Origin: an uncultured bacterium
Lineage (GTDB): Bacteria > Edwardsbacteria > AC1 > EtOH8
DNA: 64,000 nt
Assembly (NCBI GenBank): GCA_963780225.1
Contig: CAWAAX010000009.1
Span: 128,001-192,000 of the forward strand
Direction: 5' to 3'
A model generated the notes under the pieces. It did not search any database and had not been told where the DNA came from. It saw only the letters and a list, made by a program, of their open reading frames with translations. The position numbers were made by a program, and so were the translations under genes. Shown piece by piece: positions 1 through 11,088 of the stretch; position 1 is the stretch's first letter; the number at the start of each line of letters is the position of its first letter.

Positions 1-137
1 AGCGGGGCGGGTTCCTGGTGGACCAGCTGGACCCGGGATACCAGGTGTTCATAGCCACCGCCAAGGACCAGGAGGTCTCAAAGCAGGAAGGATTTAAGAA
101 ATTCAGGATAGAGGCCGGGCGGGTCATAGCGGAGTGA
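1..137 (+). CDS. recF: 3' end of DNA replication/repair protein RecF (partial)
   Basis: Frame from nt 3 reads RGGFLVDQLDPGYQVFIATAKD...FRIEAGRVIAE* (TGA 135-137), like the RecF C-terminus; lies upstream of DUF721-gyrB-gyrA as usual. Confidence 0.7.
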   Translation, partial: RGGFLVDQLDPGYQVFIATAKDQEVSKQEGFKKFRIEAGRVIAE

Positions 138-260
138 GGACTTAACACTATGGCCATACAATGGGATACAATGGACATACAATGGTGATACAATCGTGAT
201 GCCATTGTTGGCCCATGGTTTAACAAGGTATAACCTATCATTGCTTTTATTGCGGCACAA

Positions 261-719
261 ATGAAACTAGCCACCCTGTGTTACCTCCGGCGCAACGGCC
301 AGACCCTGATGATGCACCGCATCAAGCGGGTGGACGACATGCATTACGGCAAATGGAACGGACTGGGCGGGAAGTTCCACCCCGGTGAGACCCCGGAAGA
401 ATGCGTGATCCGCGAGGTCAGGGAGGAAAGCGGATTCCTGATAAACAGCCCAGTACTCAAAGGATTTTTGACCTTTCCTTCTTTCGATGAGAACGACGAC
501 TGGTATGTCTTCGTGTTTGTGGCCGATGACATTCAAGGTTCCCTCTCCGAGACCGAGGAGGGCCATCTGAGCTGGATTAAGGATTCAGAACTTACTCAAC
601 TGGACCTGTGGGAGGGCGACCACATCTTCCTGCCCTGGCTGGACAAACCAGGAATGTTCTCGGCCAAGTTCATCTACCAGCAGGGCAAGCTGGCGGAGCA
701 TTCGGTGAATTTCTATTGA
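261..719 (+). CDS. NUDIX hydrolase, 8-oxo-dGTP diphosphatase (MutT/MTH1-like)
   Basis: Nudix box GGKFHPGETPEECVIREVREESG; WNGLGG and WEGD motifs. Confidence 0.9.
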   Translation: MKLATLCYLRRNGQTLMMHRIKRVDDMHYGKWNGLGGKFHPGETPEECVIREVREESGFLINSPVLKGFLTFPSFDENDDWYVFVFVADDIQGSLSETEEGHLSWIKDSELTQLDLWEGDHIFLPWLDKPGMFSAKFIYQQGKLAEHSVNFY

Positions 720-825
720 AACAAAGCATCCCGCTACAGGTTACTTTACGATCAATGTCATAATGTCCGGGGAAAATTTCCTGCCCCCATATTTTCCTTA
801 TAGTTAAAAAGGACGACGGTGCTAA

Positions 826-1140
826 ATGGCTCATCCAACCAAACCTGAATCGGTCGGCCCCATCCTGGACCGGCTTTTAAAGAACCTGGAGATCGACAAG
901 AAGGTGGACGAGGGCCAGGCCCTGCTGATCTGGGCGGAGGCGGTGGGCCCCAAGATGGCGGCCAAGACCCTGGCGGAATCAGTTTACCGGGGCAGGATGA
1001 CGGTGCTGGCCCAGAACCCGGCCTGGGTCCAGGAATGCACTTTCATGAGGCTCCAGATCAAGGACAAGCTGAACAAGATACTGGGGCGGGAGATCATCAA
1101 GGAGATAGTCTTTAGAGTGGGGGATACTGGCAAAAAATAA
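826..1140 (+). CDS. dciA: DUF721 / DciA family protein
   Basis: W..AVG...A and NPAWVQEC...IKDKLN pattern; position between recF and gyrB. Confidence 0.75.
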   Translation: MAHPTKPESVGPILDRLLKNLEIDKKVDEGQALLIWAEAVGPKMAAKTLAESVYRGRMTVLAQNPAWVQECTFMRLQIKDKLNKILGREIIKEIVFRVGDTGKK

Positions 1141-1255
1141 TTAACCTGGGCTGTATCCGGTAGACAGTAATCACTATCCAGCAGTTGGGTTTTTGTCGTG
1201 GGTTGGACGTAAAATGATTTGAAATGGGGCCATTATCCATTTGCCCCGACGATTA

Positions 1256-1446
1256 GCCACGACCTTTCGCTTATGCTACATACTTGCCTTCCCTTGGAGG
1301 CCGTAGCTTCAGCGAAGGCCTCAGGTCGTGGAATAATTAAAATGGTCGGCAGTCTCACCACAAGGGAAGAATTAATCCGGTAATTTTGGCTAAAGCCAAT
1401 TATATTTCGATGCCCGCTTCTCTGCCACGACCTGAAGGTCGTGGCA
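1256..1446. repeat. REP-like palindrome cluster: interrupted CCACGACCT..AGGTCGTGG copy, TTGGCTAAAGCCAA, and intact TGCCACGACCTGAAGGTCGTGGCA
   Basis: Read directly: intact palindrome 1423-1446, short palindrome 1386-1399, interrupted copy 1257-1331. Confidence 0.8.
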
Positions 1447-1481
1447 ATAAAAGCAGTTTTACAAATTCAAGAAACTTTTAA

Positions 1482-3404
<1,923 letters not shown>

Positions 3405-3407
3405 CAT

Positions 3408-3460
3408 TGTTTAATGTTTAGCGTTTGCTGTTTACCGTTCGAACTGTAAACAGCGGACAG
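3408..3460. repeat. Degenerate 7-bp tandem repeats (TGTTTAN) followed by inverted copies
   Basis: tgtttaa tgtttag cgtttgc tgtttac, then gtaaacag cggacag. Confidence 0.65.
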
Positions 3461-3521
3461 AAGATATTGTAAACTCTTGATATAAAATCATCAGTTTCTT
3501 CAGTTAACCACAAAGGATGTT

Positions 3522-4184
3522 ATGACAAAAATCATAAAACGATTTATACCAACAATAATTGCAGTAGTATGTTTGATTGGTATAGTGGCCACAGGTGTTG
3601 GAGTGGGATACTGTTATGCAGATGATTCTATCATAGAACAAAGCGGCCGTGCCTTGAAGTGCTTAGAAAAAAAAGAAGTGCAATGTCAAGTAGTTGATTT
3701 TATAAATTATATATCATATGAGGACGAAAAAGTAATTATTAAGGTTTCATACACGGATTTTATAAATGAATTAGATAAGTGGAATGATAGTAGGCAAGTT
3801 AAGAAAGTAATCAATAAATATTATAATAGAAATGGACAAAAACTTACTATAAGCTATTTATGTTTCCCAGATAGCATGATCACCCCAAATGGTATAAAAA
3901 CGTCAAATGGGCAAAATGATTCCTTATGGTTTGAAAGAAGAGATGGCAGGATAGTTAGGCGGAACGGTGGTATATATGATATTTCCGAATATATAATCGC
4001 AAAAATCATTAGTAGCGGGGGATCTGCGATATTCTATAAAAATGAAGGGAAATATTTAGACTCTATAACAATGGAAAAGGTTGAAGATACCAGGGAGTTT
4101 TTTGAGCCAGGGATTTTTTTAAATTATTATTTAAATAATGGAAAACTAATTTTTTCTGTCAGGATAGTAGAAATATACATATGA
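3522..4184 (+). CDS. AT-rich hypothetical exported/membrane-anchored protein
   Basis: 220-aa ORF, AAGGA SD, N-terminal hydrophobic segment, visibly far more AT-rich than the gyr genes. Confidence 0.7.
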   Translation: MTKIIKRFIPTIIAVVCLIGIVATGVGVGYCYADDSIIEQSGRALKCLEKKEVQCQVVDFINYISYEDEKVIIKVSYTDFINELDKWNDSRQVKKVINKYYNRNGQKLTISYLCFPDSMITPNGIKTSNGQNDSLWFERRDGRIVRRNGGIYDISEYIIAKIISSGGSAIFYKNEGKYLDSITMEKVEDTREFFEPGIFLNYYLNNGKLIFSVRIVEIYI

Positions 4185-4190
4185 TAACTG

Positions 4191-4221
4191 TTGTAAATTG
4201 CTCATTGTTAATCGTAAATTG
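4191..4221. repeat. Degenerate 7-bp tandem repeats (TTGTAAA-like)
   Basis: ttgtaaa ttgctca ttgttaa tcgtaaa ttg. Confidence 0.6.
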
Positions 4222-4225
4222 AAAA

Positions 4226-4912
4226 ATGCGTCTTCACCCCTGCGCCAAGCCTTGGCAGATCAAGCTGGCCCAAAAGCTGGTTCCGGATTACACAGACCCG
4301 GGCTATGTCTACGATGATCTGCTCCATAAGTACGCCCCGTTGTCAAAAACCTGGATCGACGCCGGGTGCGGGGACAACAGCGACATCGAACAAATGCCGG
4401 AGTATCAAGGCCTGGCGGCGGGCTTCGACCTGGAGGACCGGAAACAGGAAAAATATCTCAGGGCCGATATTCACCATATACCATTGAAAAACAATTCCGT
4501 GGATCTCATCTCCAGCCGCTGGGTGGCCGAGCACCTGGAAACTCCCGAAAAAGCCCTGAAGGAATTGCACCGGGTGCTTAAGCCCGGCGGAAGGTTGCTG
4601 ATCCGGACCACCGGCAAGTGGCATTACATCTCCCTTTTCAGCCGGGTTGCGCCCATGCCGCTTAAAAGATTCTTGTCCCCGGCCCCGGTCTTTCCAACTT
4701 TCTTCAGGCTGAATGACCATGCGGCCATTCAAGGATATTTTTCTGACGCTTTGGGCTGGCGGATCGAAAGGGCCCATTATATAGAGAATCTGCAGTATGG
4801 CAACCCGGCCGGGTTCGTATTCTCGATCTTGTATCACATCGCGGCGACCAGTTTGAAACTGGACCGCCTTAAGACCACCATCATACTGGAAACGACCAAG
4901 ATTCAACCTTAA
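4226..4912 (+). CDS. Class I SAM-dependent methyltransferase
   Basis: IDAGCG motif I, ADIHHIPL..NSVDLI, EHL...KELHRVLKPGG. Confidence 0.88.
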   Translation: MRLHPCAKPWQIKLAQKLVPDYTDPGYVYDDLLHKYAPLSKTWIDAGCGDNSDIEQMPEYQGLAAGFDLEDRKQEKYLRADIHHIPLKNNSVDLISSRWVAEHLETPEKALKELHRVLKPGGRLLIRTTGKWHYISLFSRVAPMPLKRFLSPAPVFPTFFRLNDHAAIQGYFSDALGWRIERAHYIENLQYGNPAGFVFSILYHIAATSLKLDRLKTTIILETTKIQP

Positions 4913-5007
4913 TTTAACGGTGAGACAATGGCTGTTTATTACGGGGTGAAAAAGGTCCTGGAAAAGGGCCAGCGGATCGGGGACCTGGAAAAAGAGGCTT
5001 CTATAAA

Positions 5008-5069
5008 GTAAGGGCGGTTCGTGAACCGCCCCAACATAAAGTAAGGGCAGGTTTTAAACCTGCCCCAAC
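5008..5069. repeat. Two tandem GTAG-type REP-like hairpins
   Basis: gtaagggcggttcgtgaaccgccccaac (5008-5035) and gtaagggcaggttttaaacctgccccaac (5041-5069). Confidence 0.8.
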
Positions 5070-5081
5070 AATGGGGGATAA

Positions 5082-7547
5082 ATGGCTTTAGAAAGAAACA
5101 GGGTCCTGACCAGGGAAATTGAAGAGGAGATGCGTTCCTCGTACCTGGACTATTCCATGTCGGTGATCGTGGGACGGGCTTTGCCGGACGTCCGGGACGG
5201 GCTGAAACCGGTGCACCGCCGCATCCTTTATTCCATGAGCGAACTGGGGCTGGCCCACAACAAGGCCTTCAAGAAGAGCGCCCGCATCGTGGGCGAGGTG
5301 ATGGGCAAGTACCATCCCCACGGCGATACGGCCATCTACGATTCCATGGTCCGGATGGCCCAGGATTTCTCGCTGCGCTACATGCTGGTGGACGGCCAGG
5401 GCAACTTTGGCTCGGTGGACGGCGATCCGCCGGCCGCCATGCGCTACACCGAGGCCCGGCTGACCAAGATCTCGGACGAGGTGCTCAATGACATCGACAA
5501 GGAGACCGTGACCTACGTGGAAAACTACGACGGTTCGCTAAAGGAGCCGTCGGTGCTGCCCTCGCTGCTGCCGGCCCTGCTGGTCAACGGGTCGTCGGGC
5601 ATCGCGGTGGGCATGGCCACCAACATCCCGCCCCACAACCTGGGCGAGATCTGCGACGCCATCTCCCTGCTGATCGAGGACCCGGAGCTGGCCCCGGAGA
5701 AACTGCTGAAGACCGTCAAGGGGCCTGATTTTCCCACCGGCGGCATGATCATGGGCGTCTCCGGCATCCGGGACGCCTACCTGACCGGCCGGGGCAAGAT
5801 CATGATCCGGGGCCGGGCCAACGTGGAGACCGCCAAGAACGGCAAGGAATCCATCATCATCTCCGAGCTGCCCTACGAGGTCAACAAGGCCAGCATGATC
5901 GAGAAGATCGCCGAGCTGGTCAAGGACAAGAAGGTGGACGGCATCGCCGACCTGCGCGACGAGTCGGACCGCGACGGGATGCGGGTGGTGATAGGCCTGA
6001 AGCGGGACGCCGACCCCCGGCTGACCATCAACCAGCTTTACCAGCACACCCAGTTCCAGACCAGTTTTGGGGTGATCATGCTGGCCCTGGTAGACGGGGT
6101 GCCCAAGGTGATCACCCTCAAGGAGGCCCTTACCAAGTTCATAGAATTCCGGGTGGAGGTGGTGACCCGGCGCACCAAATACGAACTGGCCCAGGCCGAG
6201 AAACGGGCCCATATCCTGGAAGGCCTGAAGATAGCCATCGACAACATAGACGAAGTGGTCCGGATTATCAAGAAGTCGCCCAATGTGGACGAGGCCCGGT
6301 CTTCGCTGATGAAAAAGTTCAAGCTCTCCGAGATCCAGGCCCAGGCCATTCTGGACATGACCCTCAAGCGCCTGACCTCACTGGAGACCAAGAAGATCGA
6401 CGAGGAATACGAGGAACTGCTGAAGCTGATCACCAAGCTCAAGGGCATTTTGGACAGCAAGCGGCGCCTGATGGGGGTGATCCGTGAGGAAATCACCGAG
6501 CTCAAGAAGAAGTATGCCGATCCCCGCCGCACCGAGATCCTGGCCGCTACCGAGGAAAAGTTCTCGGTGGAGGATCTGATCGCCGAGGAGGACATGGTGA
6601 TCACCATCTCCCACGCCGGGTACATCAAGCGACTGTCGGTGAGCTCCTACAAGCGCCAGGGCCGGGGGGGCAAGGGGGTCACCGGGATGACCACCCGGGA
6701 TGAGGACTTTGTGGAGGGGATGTTCATCGCCTCCACCCACCACTACATCCTGTTCTTCACCGACAAGGGCCGCTGTTACTGGCTTAAGGTCTACGAAGTG
6801 CCGGAGGGCGGCCGGGCGGCCAAGGGCCGGCAGATATCCAACCTGCTGGAGATGAAGCCCGACGAAAAGATAGCGGCCTACATTGCGGTCAAGGAATTCG
6901 ACGAGCAGCATTTTGTGGTGATGGCTACCAGGGAGGGGACCATCAAGAAGACCGCCCTGTCCGAATTCGCCAATCCCCGCAAGGCCGGGATCATCGCAGC
7001 CACGGTGGACGGCAAGGATTTATTGATAGAGGCCAAGATGACCGATGGCAGTGAGGACGTCATCCTGGTGACCAACCAGGGACAGGCCTGCCGCTTCCAC
7101 GAGAGCGATGTCCGGGCCATGGGCAGGAATGCGGCCGGGGTCCGGGGCATCACCCTGGACAAGAAGGATTTCGTGGTGGGGATGGTGGCGGTCAAGCGCG
7201 AGGGTTCGCTGCTCACGGTCTGCCTGAAGGGTTTTGGCAAGCGGAGCGAGATCGAGGAATACCGGGTCACCCGCCGGGGCGGCAAGGGCGTGATCACCAT
7301 GAAGATCACCGACAAGACCGGCCCGGTGGTGGCGGTCAAGGAAGTGGTGGACACCGACGAGCTGATGATCATCTCGGCCGGGGGCCAGGTGATACGGCTG
7401 GCATTGAAGAACGTCAGGGTGATGGGCCGGGCCACCCAGGGGGTCCGCCTGATAAACCTGGATGACAAGGACCAGGTGGTTGACGTGGCCAGGCTGGCGG
7501 CCTCGGAAGAAGAGGAGAACGGGGAAGCCAACGGGGAGACTGAATAA
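5082..7547 (+). CDS. gyrA: DNA gyrase subunit A
   Basis: [30 protein letters not shown], GyrA box QGRGGKG. Confidence 0.98.
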   Translation: MALERNRVLTREIEEEMRSSYLDYSMSVIVGRALPDVRDGLKPVHRRILYSMSELGLAHNKAFKKSARIVGEVMGKYHPHGDTAIYDSMVRMAQDFSLRYMLVDGQGNFGSVDGDPPAAMRYTEARLTKISDEVLNDIDKETVTYVENYDGSLKEPSVLPSLLPALLVNGSSGIAVGMATNIPPHNLGEICDAISLLIEDPELAPEKLLKTVKGPDFPTGGMIMGVSGIRDAYLTGRGKIMIRGRANVETAKNGKESIIISELPYEVNKASMIEKIAELVKDKKVDGIADLRDESDRDGMRVVIGLKRDADPRLTINQLYQHTQFQTSFGVIMLALVDGVPKVITLKEALTKFIEFRVEVVTRRTKYELAQAEKRAHILEGLKIAIDNIDEVVRIIKKSPNVDEARSSLMKKFKLSEIQAQAILDMTLKRLTSLETKKIDEEYEELLKLITKLKGILDSKRRLMGVIREEITELKKKYADPRRTEILAATEEKFSVEDLIAEEDMVITISHAGYIKRLSVSSYKRQGRGGKGVTGMTTRDEDFVEGMFIASTHHYILFFTDKGRCYWLKVYEVPEGGRAAKGRQISNLLEMKPDEKIAAYIAVKEFDEQHFVVMATREGTIKKTALSEFANPRKAGIIAATVDGKDLLIEAKMTDGSEDVILVTNQGQACRFHESDVRAMGRNAAGVRGITLDKKDFVVGMVAVKREGSLLTVCLKGFGKRSEIEEYRVTRRGGKGVITMKITDKTGPVVAVKEVVDTDELMIISAGGQVIRLALKNVRVMGRATQGVRLINLDDKDQVVDVARLAASEEEENGEANGETE

Positions 7548-7561
7548 TAATAATGTCCAAA

Positions 7562-7601
7562 GACAGCCCAGAGCTGAATAATCAGCCTGGGCTGTCCTTT
7601 T
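7562..7601 (+). terminator. Probable intrinsic terminator after gyrA
   Basis: gacagcccag..gctga ataa tcagc ctgggctgtc followed by CTTTT. Confidence 0.6.
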
Positions 7602-7650
7602 ATCAAAAATCCCTTTAGGATCATCGAATAATTTAAAGGCATTGTAAACA

Positions 7651-7986
7651 ATGAACGACTGGTTTAAGGAATTTGACGGTGCCGTCACGGTCTGCGACCC
7701 TCAGGGCATTGTGCTGTATATGAATGACAAGGCGGTTAAGATATTCGCCAAAGACGGCGGAGCCGGCTTGATCGGCCAAAGCCTGGTGGACTGCCACCCC
7801 GAGCCGGCCCGGACCAAGCTGCTGGGCCTTTTGAAGACCCAGGGCAAGAATGTTTACACCATTGAGAAGCAGGGGGTGAAGAAACTCATCTATCAGGGCC
7901 CCTGGTTCCAGGACGGAAAATACGGAGGATTAGTGGAACTGTCCCTGGAGATACCAATGGCAATGTCGCATCATGTAAGGAAATGA
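7651..7986 (+). CDS. Small stand-alone PAS-domain protein
   Basis: AVTVCDPQGIVLYMNDKA...LIGQSLVDCHP PAS pattern. Confidence 0.8.
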   Translation: MNDWFKEFDGAVTVCDPQGIVLYMNDKAVKIFAKDGGAGLIGQSLVDCHPEPARTKLLGLLKTQGKNVYTIEKQGVKKLIYQGPWFQDGKYGGLVELSLEIPMAMSHHVRK

Positions 7987-8071
7987 TTTAATTTATCACT
8001 TGATTTTACGGTCATTTGGTAATATAGTTACCCTAACCAACCCAAAATCTCAATACGGAGGATAAACCATC

Positions 8072-8431
8072 ATGGAAAATATCGGCAGTAACGGTTTGAT
8101 GGCTGCCTTCAGCGGTATCTACCTGGTATTCATGATCGCGGCTTGGATATTCAGCGGTTTCGTGATGATGGCCCTCGCCCAAAAGACCAATACACCCAAT
8201 GGCTGGCTGGGATTTGTGCCCATCGCCAATATCTTTTTGATGGTCAATATCGCCAAACTGCCATGGTGGTGGTTTTTGCTTCTGTTCGTGCCTTTTATAG
8301 ACATCTTCGTAGGCATCTATATCTGGTGGAAGATCGCCGAGAACCTCGGCAAACCGGGGTGGTGGAGCCTGCTATTGCTGATCCCCGTGGTAAATATCGT
8401 GATACTCTGCATAATGGCCTGGGGCAAATGA
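8072..8431 (+). CDS. Small membrane protein (DUF5684-like)
   Basis: GGAGG SD; repeated W.W...IP..NI hydrophobic units; TTGATT-17-TATAGT promoter at 8000-8028. Confidence 0.75.
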   Translation: MENIGSNGLMAAFSGIYLVFMIAAWIFSGFVMMALAQKTNTPNGWLGFVPIANIFLMVNIAKLPWWWFLLLFVPFIDIFVGIYIWWKIAENLGKPGWWSLLLLIPVVNIVILCIMAWGK

Positions 8432-8461
8432 ACGAAGCGTCAAAATTCTGAAAAATGAAGG

Positions 8462-8503
8462 TCCGTTTTCGCTGCCTGACCGGAGCGGAAACGGATTTTT
8501 GTT
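8462..8503 (+). terminator. Probable intrinsic terminator
   Basis: tccgttttcgct ... agcggaaacgga followed by TTTTTGTT. Confidence 0.55.
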
Positions 8504-8505
8504 CA

Positions 8506-8534
8506 TTGACATTGATCGGGCTAAAAAGTATAAT
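8506..8534 (+). promoter_or_regulatory. Perfect sigma70 promoter TTGACA-17-TATAAT
   Basis: TTGACA 8506-8511, TATAAT 8529-8534; ATG at 8541 lies at the expected TSS. Confidence 0.8.
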
Positions 8535-8540
8535 CAGATC

Positions 8541-10601
8541 ATGATCTGGACGCTGATAGTCATATTACTGGCGATTTCCTGGGCACTGGCGTGGCGGGAA
8601 CGAGCCGGGCTGTCCCGGCAAAAAGAGGTGGTGCTTTTGGCCTTAAGGCTGGGAGCGATCATTGTTTTGGGGCTGGCCTTGCTTGGTATGTTTCCCCGAT
8701 TGCGGGGCCAGGAAAAACAAAATCTTCTGATCCTGGCCGATGCTTCCCAAAGCATGACCTTGAATGACGGGCAATCCCAGAACCGCTGGCAGAGGGCCTT
8801 GGCCATAGCTTCGACGGTAAAACTGCCGGGCCGCCAGATAACGATTCTCCGCACCTCCGGCAAGGGACTTCAGGATGAGATCCCCGACAGCCTGACTCAA
8901 AATATGGATTATACCAATCTGTCCGAAGCTCTTTCTTTGGCATATCGGGGAAAACCCGGTGCCATCCTGTTGTTGTCGGACGGGAATCACAACCGGGGCG
9001 ATGATCCGGTCAGGGCCGCGGCCGCCGGTATTCCGGTTTACGTTGTCGGATTCGGCCCGTCCGAGGGATTGAAAAACGCCTTGATCACCGAGGTCTGGAA
9101 CGATAACGAGGTCGAGGCCGGCCAACCGGCCGAGATCAGCCTGAATATCCGGGGGGTGCTGGCCGGAGGCCGGGTGAGCCTGTGGGAGAACGGCGTTAAA
9201 CTGGCGGAGAAGAGGCTGGACCTTAAAAGCGATACGGTATTGACCTTTGGACTGATACCTAAACCAGAAGGTCTTCACCGTTATACGATAGTTTTGGAGA
9301 ACTCCGGCAAACAACGGCTGGACCAGGCCGTCGCCGTCATCAGCGTGGTCAAGAAGAACTTCAAGCTGATATTCATCTGCTCAAATCCCGGCTGGGACCT
9401 GAGATTCTGGCAGCAGGCAATAGGACTAAATCCCGCCTATACCGCTGATATCCTTATAAAACAGAGAGCGGGCTGGAGAAGGATTTTTCCCGGTGGCCAG
9501 GATGCTCCTGGCAACCTTGATTCGCTGGACAAATATGACGCAATCATAATTGGGAGCATAAATCCCGGGGAACTTCCAACAACAGCGGAACAAGCCATCG
9601 TCAACCTGGTACGGCAAAAAGGCCGGGGGCTTTTCCTGCTGGGCAGTTTTCGTCAGTTCGGGATACTCGGGCAGTTGGCTCCCATATCTTACAGCCGGGA
9701 GATCAAACCGGTGATCGGCACTGTCTGGCCGGCCCAAGAGCTTTTCAACACGGGAATGCTGGAGATCTCTAAAGAGACCGGCTTAAAAAGACTGCCGCCA
9801 TTGTCACTGAATAAAAACTACGGCATCAGGGATAACAAGGTATTTCTTTTAGCCGGTCTGCAAACCTCAGACCAAAAGACCTATCCCTTGTGGGCCAGGG
9901 CGGAAGAAGGCCTGGGACGCATCGTGCAGATCGCGGCCGAAGACCTTTGGCACTGGAAGCTGGCCGCCGCCGGGGCGGGCCGTGACACCGCCCTGTTGGG
10001 AGAAATGGTGCAAAGCAGCCTGCAGTGGGTCCTGGGCCGCGACGGAGCCGGTTTTGAGGCCGGTCCCGAGCGGAGGCTCAATGCCCAGGGGCAGGAGATC
10101 AAATTCAACGGCCGTTGGAAAAACTATTCCCGTCAATCAGGACAAAGCGCCAAGTGGTCAGTTACTATTGCCGACAGTTTCGGGCATAAAAAAACATATA
10201 AACTGACCGACTGGGGAAACGGGGATTTTGTGGTGGAACTGGGTGCCCTCCCATCTGGGCAATATTCTTATACTACAGTTCTGGATCTTGGATTCGGCGC
10301 GGCTCAGCATAACGGCGGAAAACAGATATTTTCGGCCCGGGGAAAGTTCTTTGTGGAGCCGGGTCGGGATGAACTGAGGGATCATTTGCAGAACGCAGGG
10401 TTGCTGAAATCACTGGCCTCGGCCAGCGGGGGGAAATACTGGAATGAAAATGACGTCCCCGAGGACAGCGGCTGGCAGAAGAACATAAAAATACCTGATT
10501 CTCCGGATCCTTCACAAAACGATCAAACCTTCAGCATACTGGCCATCTGTCTGCTTTTGGCGGCAGAGTGGTTCCTGCGCCGGAAATGGGGAAGGGTTTA
10601 A
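8541..10601 (+). CDS. Membrane protein with VWA (MIDAS) domain, Ig-like domain and glutamine-amidotransferase-like domain
   Basis: Two N-terminal TM helices, LADASQSM (DxSxS), LLSDGNHN, C-terminal TM ending EWFLRRKWG; start moved to ATG 8541. Confidence 0.8.
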   Translation: MIWTLIVILLAISWALAWRERAGLSRQKEVVLLALRLGAIIVLGLALLGMFPRLRGQEKQNLLILADASQSMTLNDGQSQNRWQRALAIASTVKLPGRQITILRTSGKGLQDEIPDSLTQNMDYTNLSEALSLAYRGKPGAILLLSDGNHNRGDDPVRAAAAGIPVYVVGFGPSEGLKNALITEVWNDNEVEAGQPAEISLNIRGVLAGGRVSLWENGVKLAEKRLDLKSDTVLTFGLIPKPEGLHRYTIVLENSGKQRLDQAVAVISVVKKNFKLIFICSNPGWDLRFWQQAIGLNPAYTADILIKQRAGWRRIFPGGQDAPGNLDSLDKYDAIIIGSINPGELPTTAEQAIVNLVRQKGRGLFLLGSFRQFGILGQLAPISYSREIKPVIGTVWPAQELFNTGMLEISKETGLKRLPPLSLNKNYGIRDNKVFLLAGLQTSDQKTYPLWARAEEGLGRIVQIAAEDLWHWKLAAAGAGRDTALLGEMVQSSLQWVLGRDGAGFEAGPERRLNAQGQEIKFNGRWKNYSRQSGQSAKWSVTIADSFGHKKTYKLTDWGNGDFVVELGALPSGQYSYTTVLDLGFGAAQHNGGKQIFSARGKFFVEPGRDELRDHLQNAGLLKSLASASGGKYWNENDVPEDSGWQKNIKIPDSPDPSQNDQTFSILAICLLLAAEWFLRRKWGRV

Positions 10602-10727
10602 CGGGAAGGAACCCAGATTTAGGTAGGCGACTGCCCCTCGAAAACAAGAAAAAGCCTACTTAACTTGTTCAGGAAAAGTAGAAAGGTTATAACAGGTTTT
10701 ATATAAACGCAGATTTAGCCCGATTAT

Positions 10728-10979
10728 GTTCTTTTCTTTTTGTACCGCCAAAAAGCAAAGAACCAAAAGAAAAAGCTCGTCGCTTAAAACTCTCCGGGCC
10801 TCGCTTACGCTAAAACTCCCGCCTATGCCCCTGCATCGGCGTACAGGCCAGCGGGCCCGCGTTGTGCTTCTCGTTGATGACGGGCTTGTCTGAACTCGGG
10901 CTTTGGCCAAGCCCTTAAACAGGCCAGACAAGCTTTATCCGCCATCAACTGCGATGCTCACTGATCGTTTTAACGCGAC
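10728..10979. other. ~250-bp non-coding nested-hairpin element
   Basis: Hairpin 10728-10763; long-range pairs 10779-10790/10967-10979, 10873-10883/10939-10949, 10884-10892/10925-10933; inner hairpin 10898-10914. Confidence 0.7.
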
Positions 10980-11088
10980 AACCGGGGTTGGTACCCATTG
11001 TTCTCCATGTCTCCTGAGATGATTGAATAATCATTAAAGCGAAAACCGTAAGATTCTCCCTATCCTTTAAAAATCTAAAGGCCAAAGC

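Noticed and set aside
4928..5011. 27-aa ORF MAVYYGVKKVLEKGQRIGDLEKEASIK, possibly a gyrA 5' relic or small protein
   Set aside because: Similarity to the GyrA start is too weak, its stop codon is supplied by the REP, and no family is recognisable
10656..10931. 91-aa minus-strand ORF in the structured intergenic element
   Set aside because: No SD, atypical composition, and the region is better explained by base-pairing constraints
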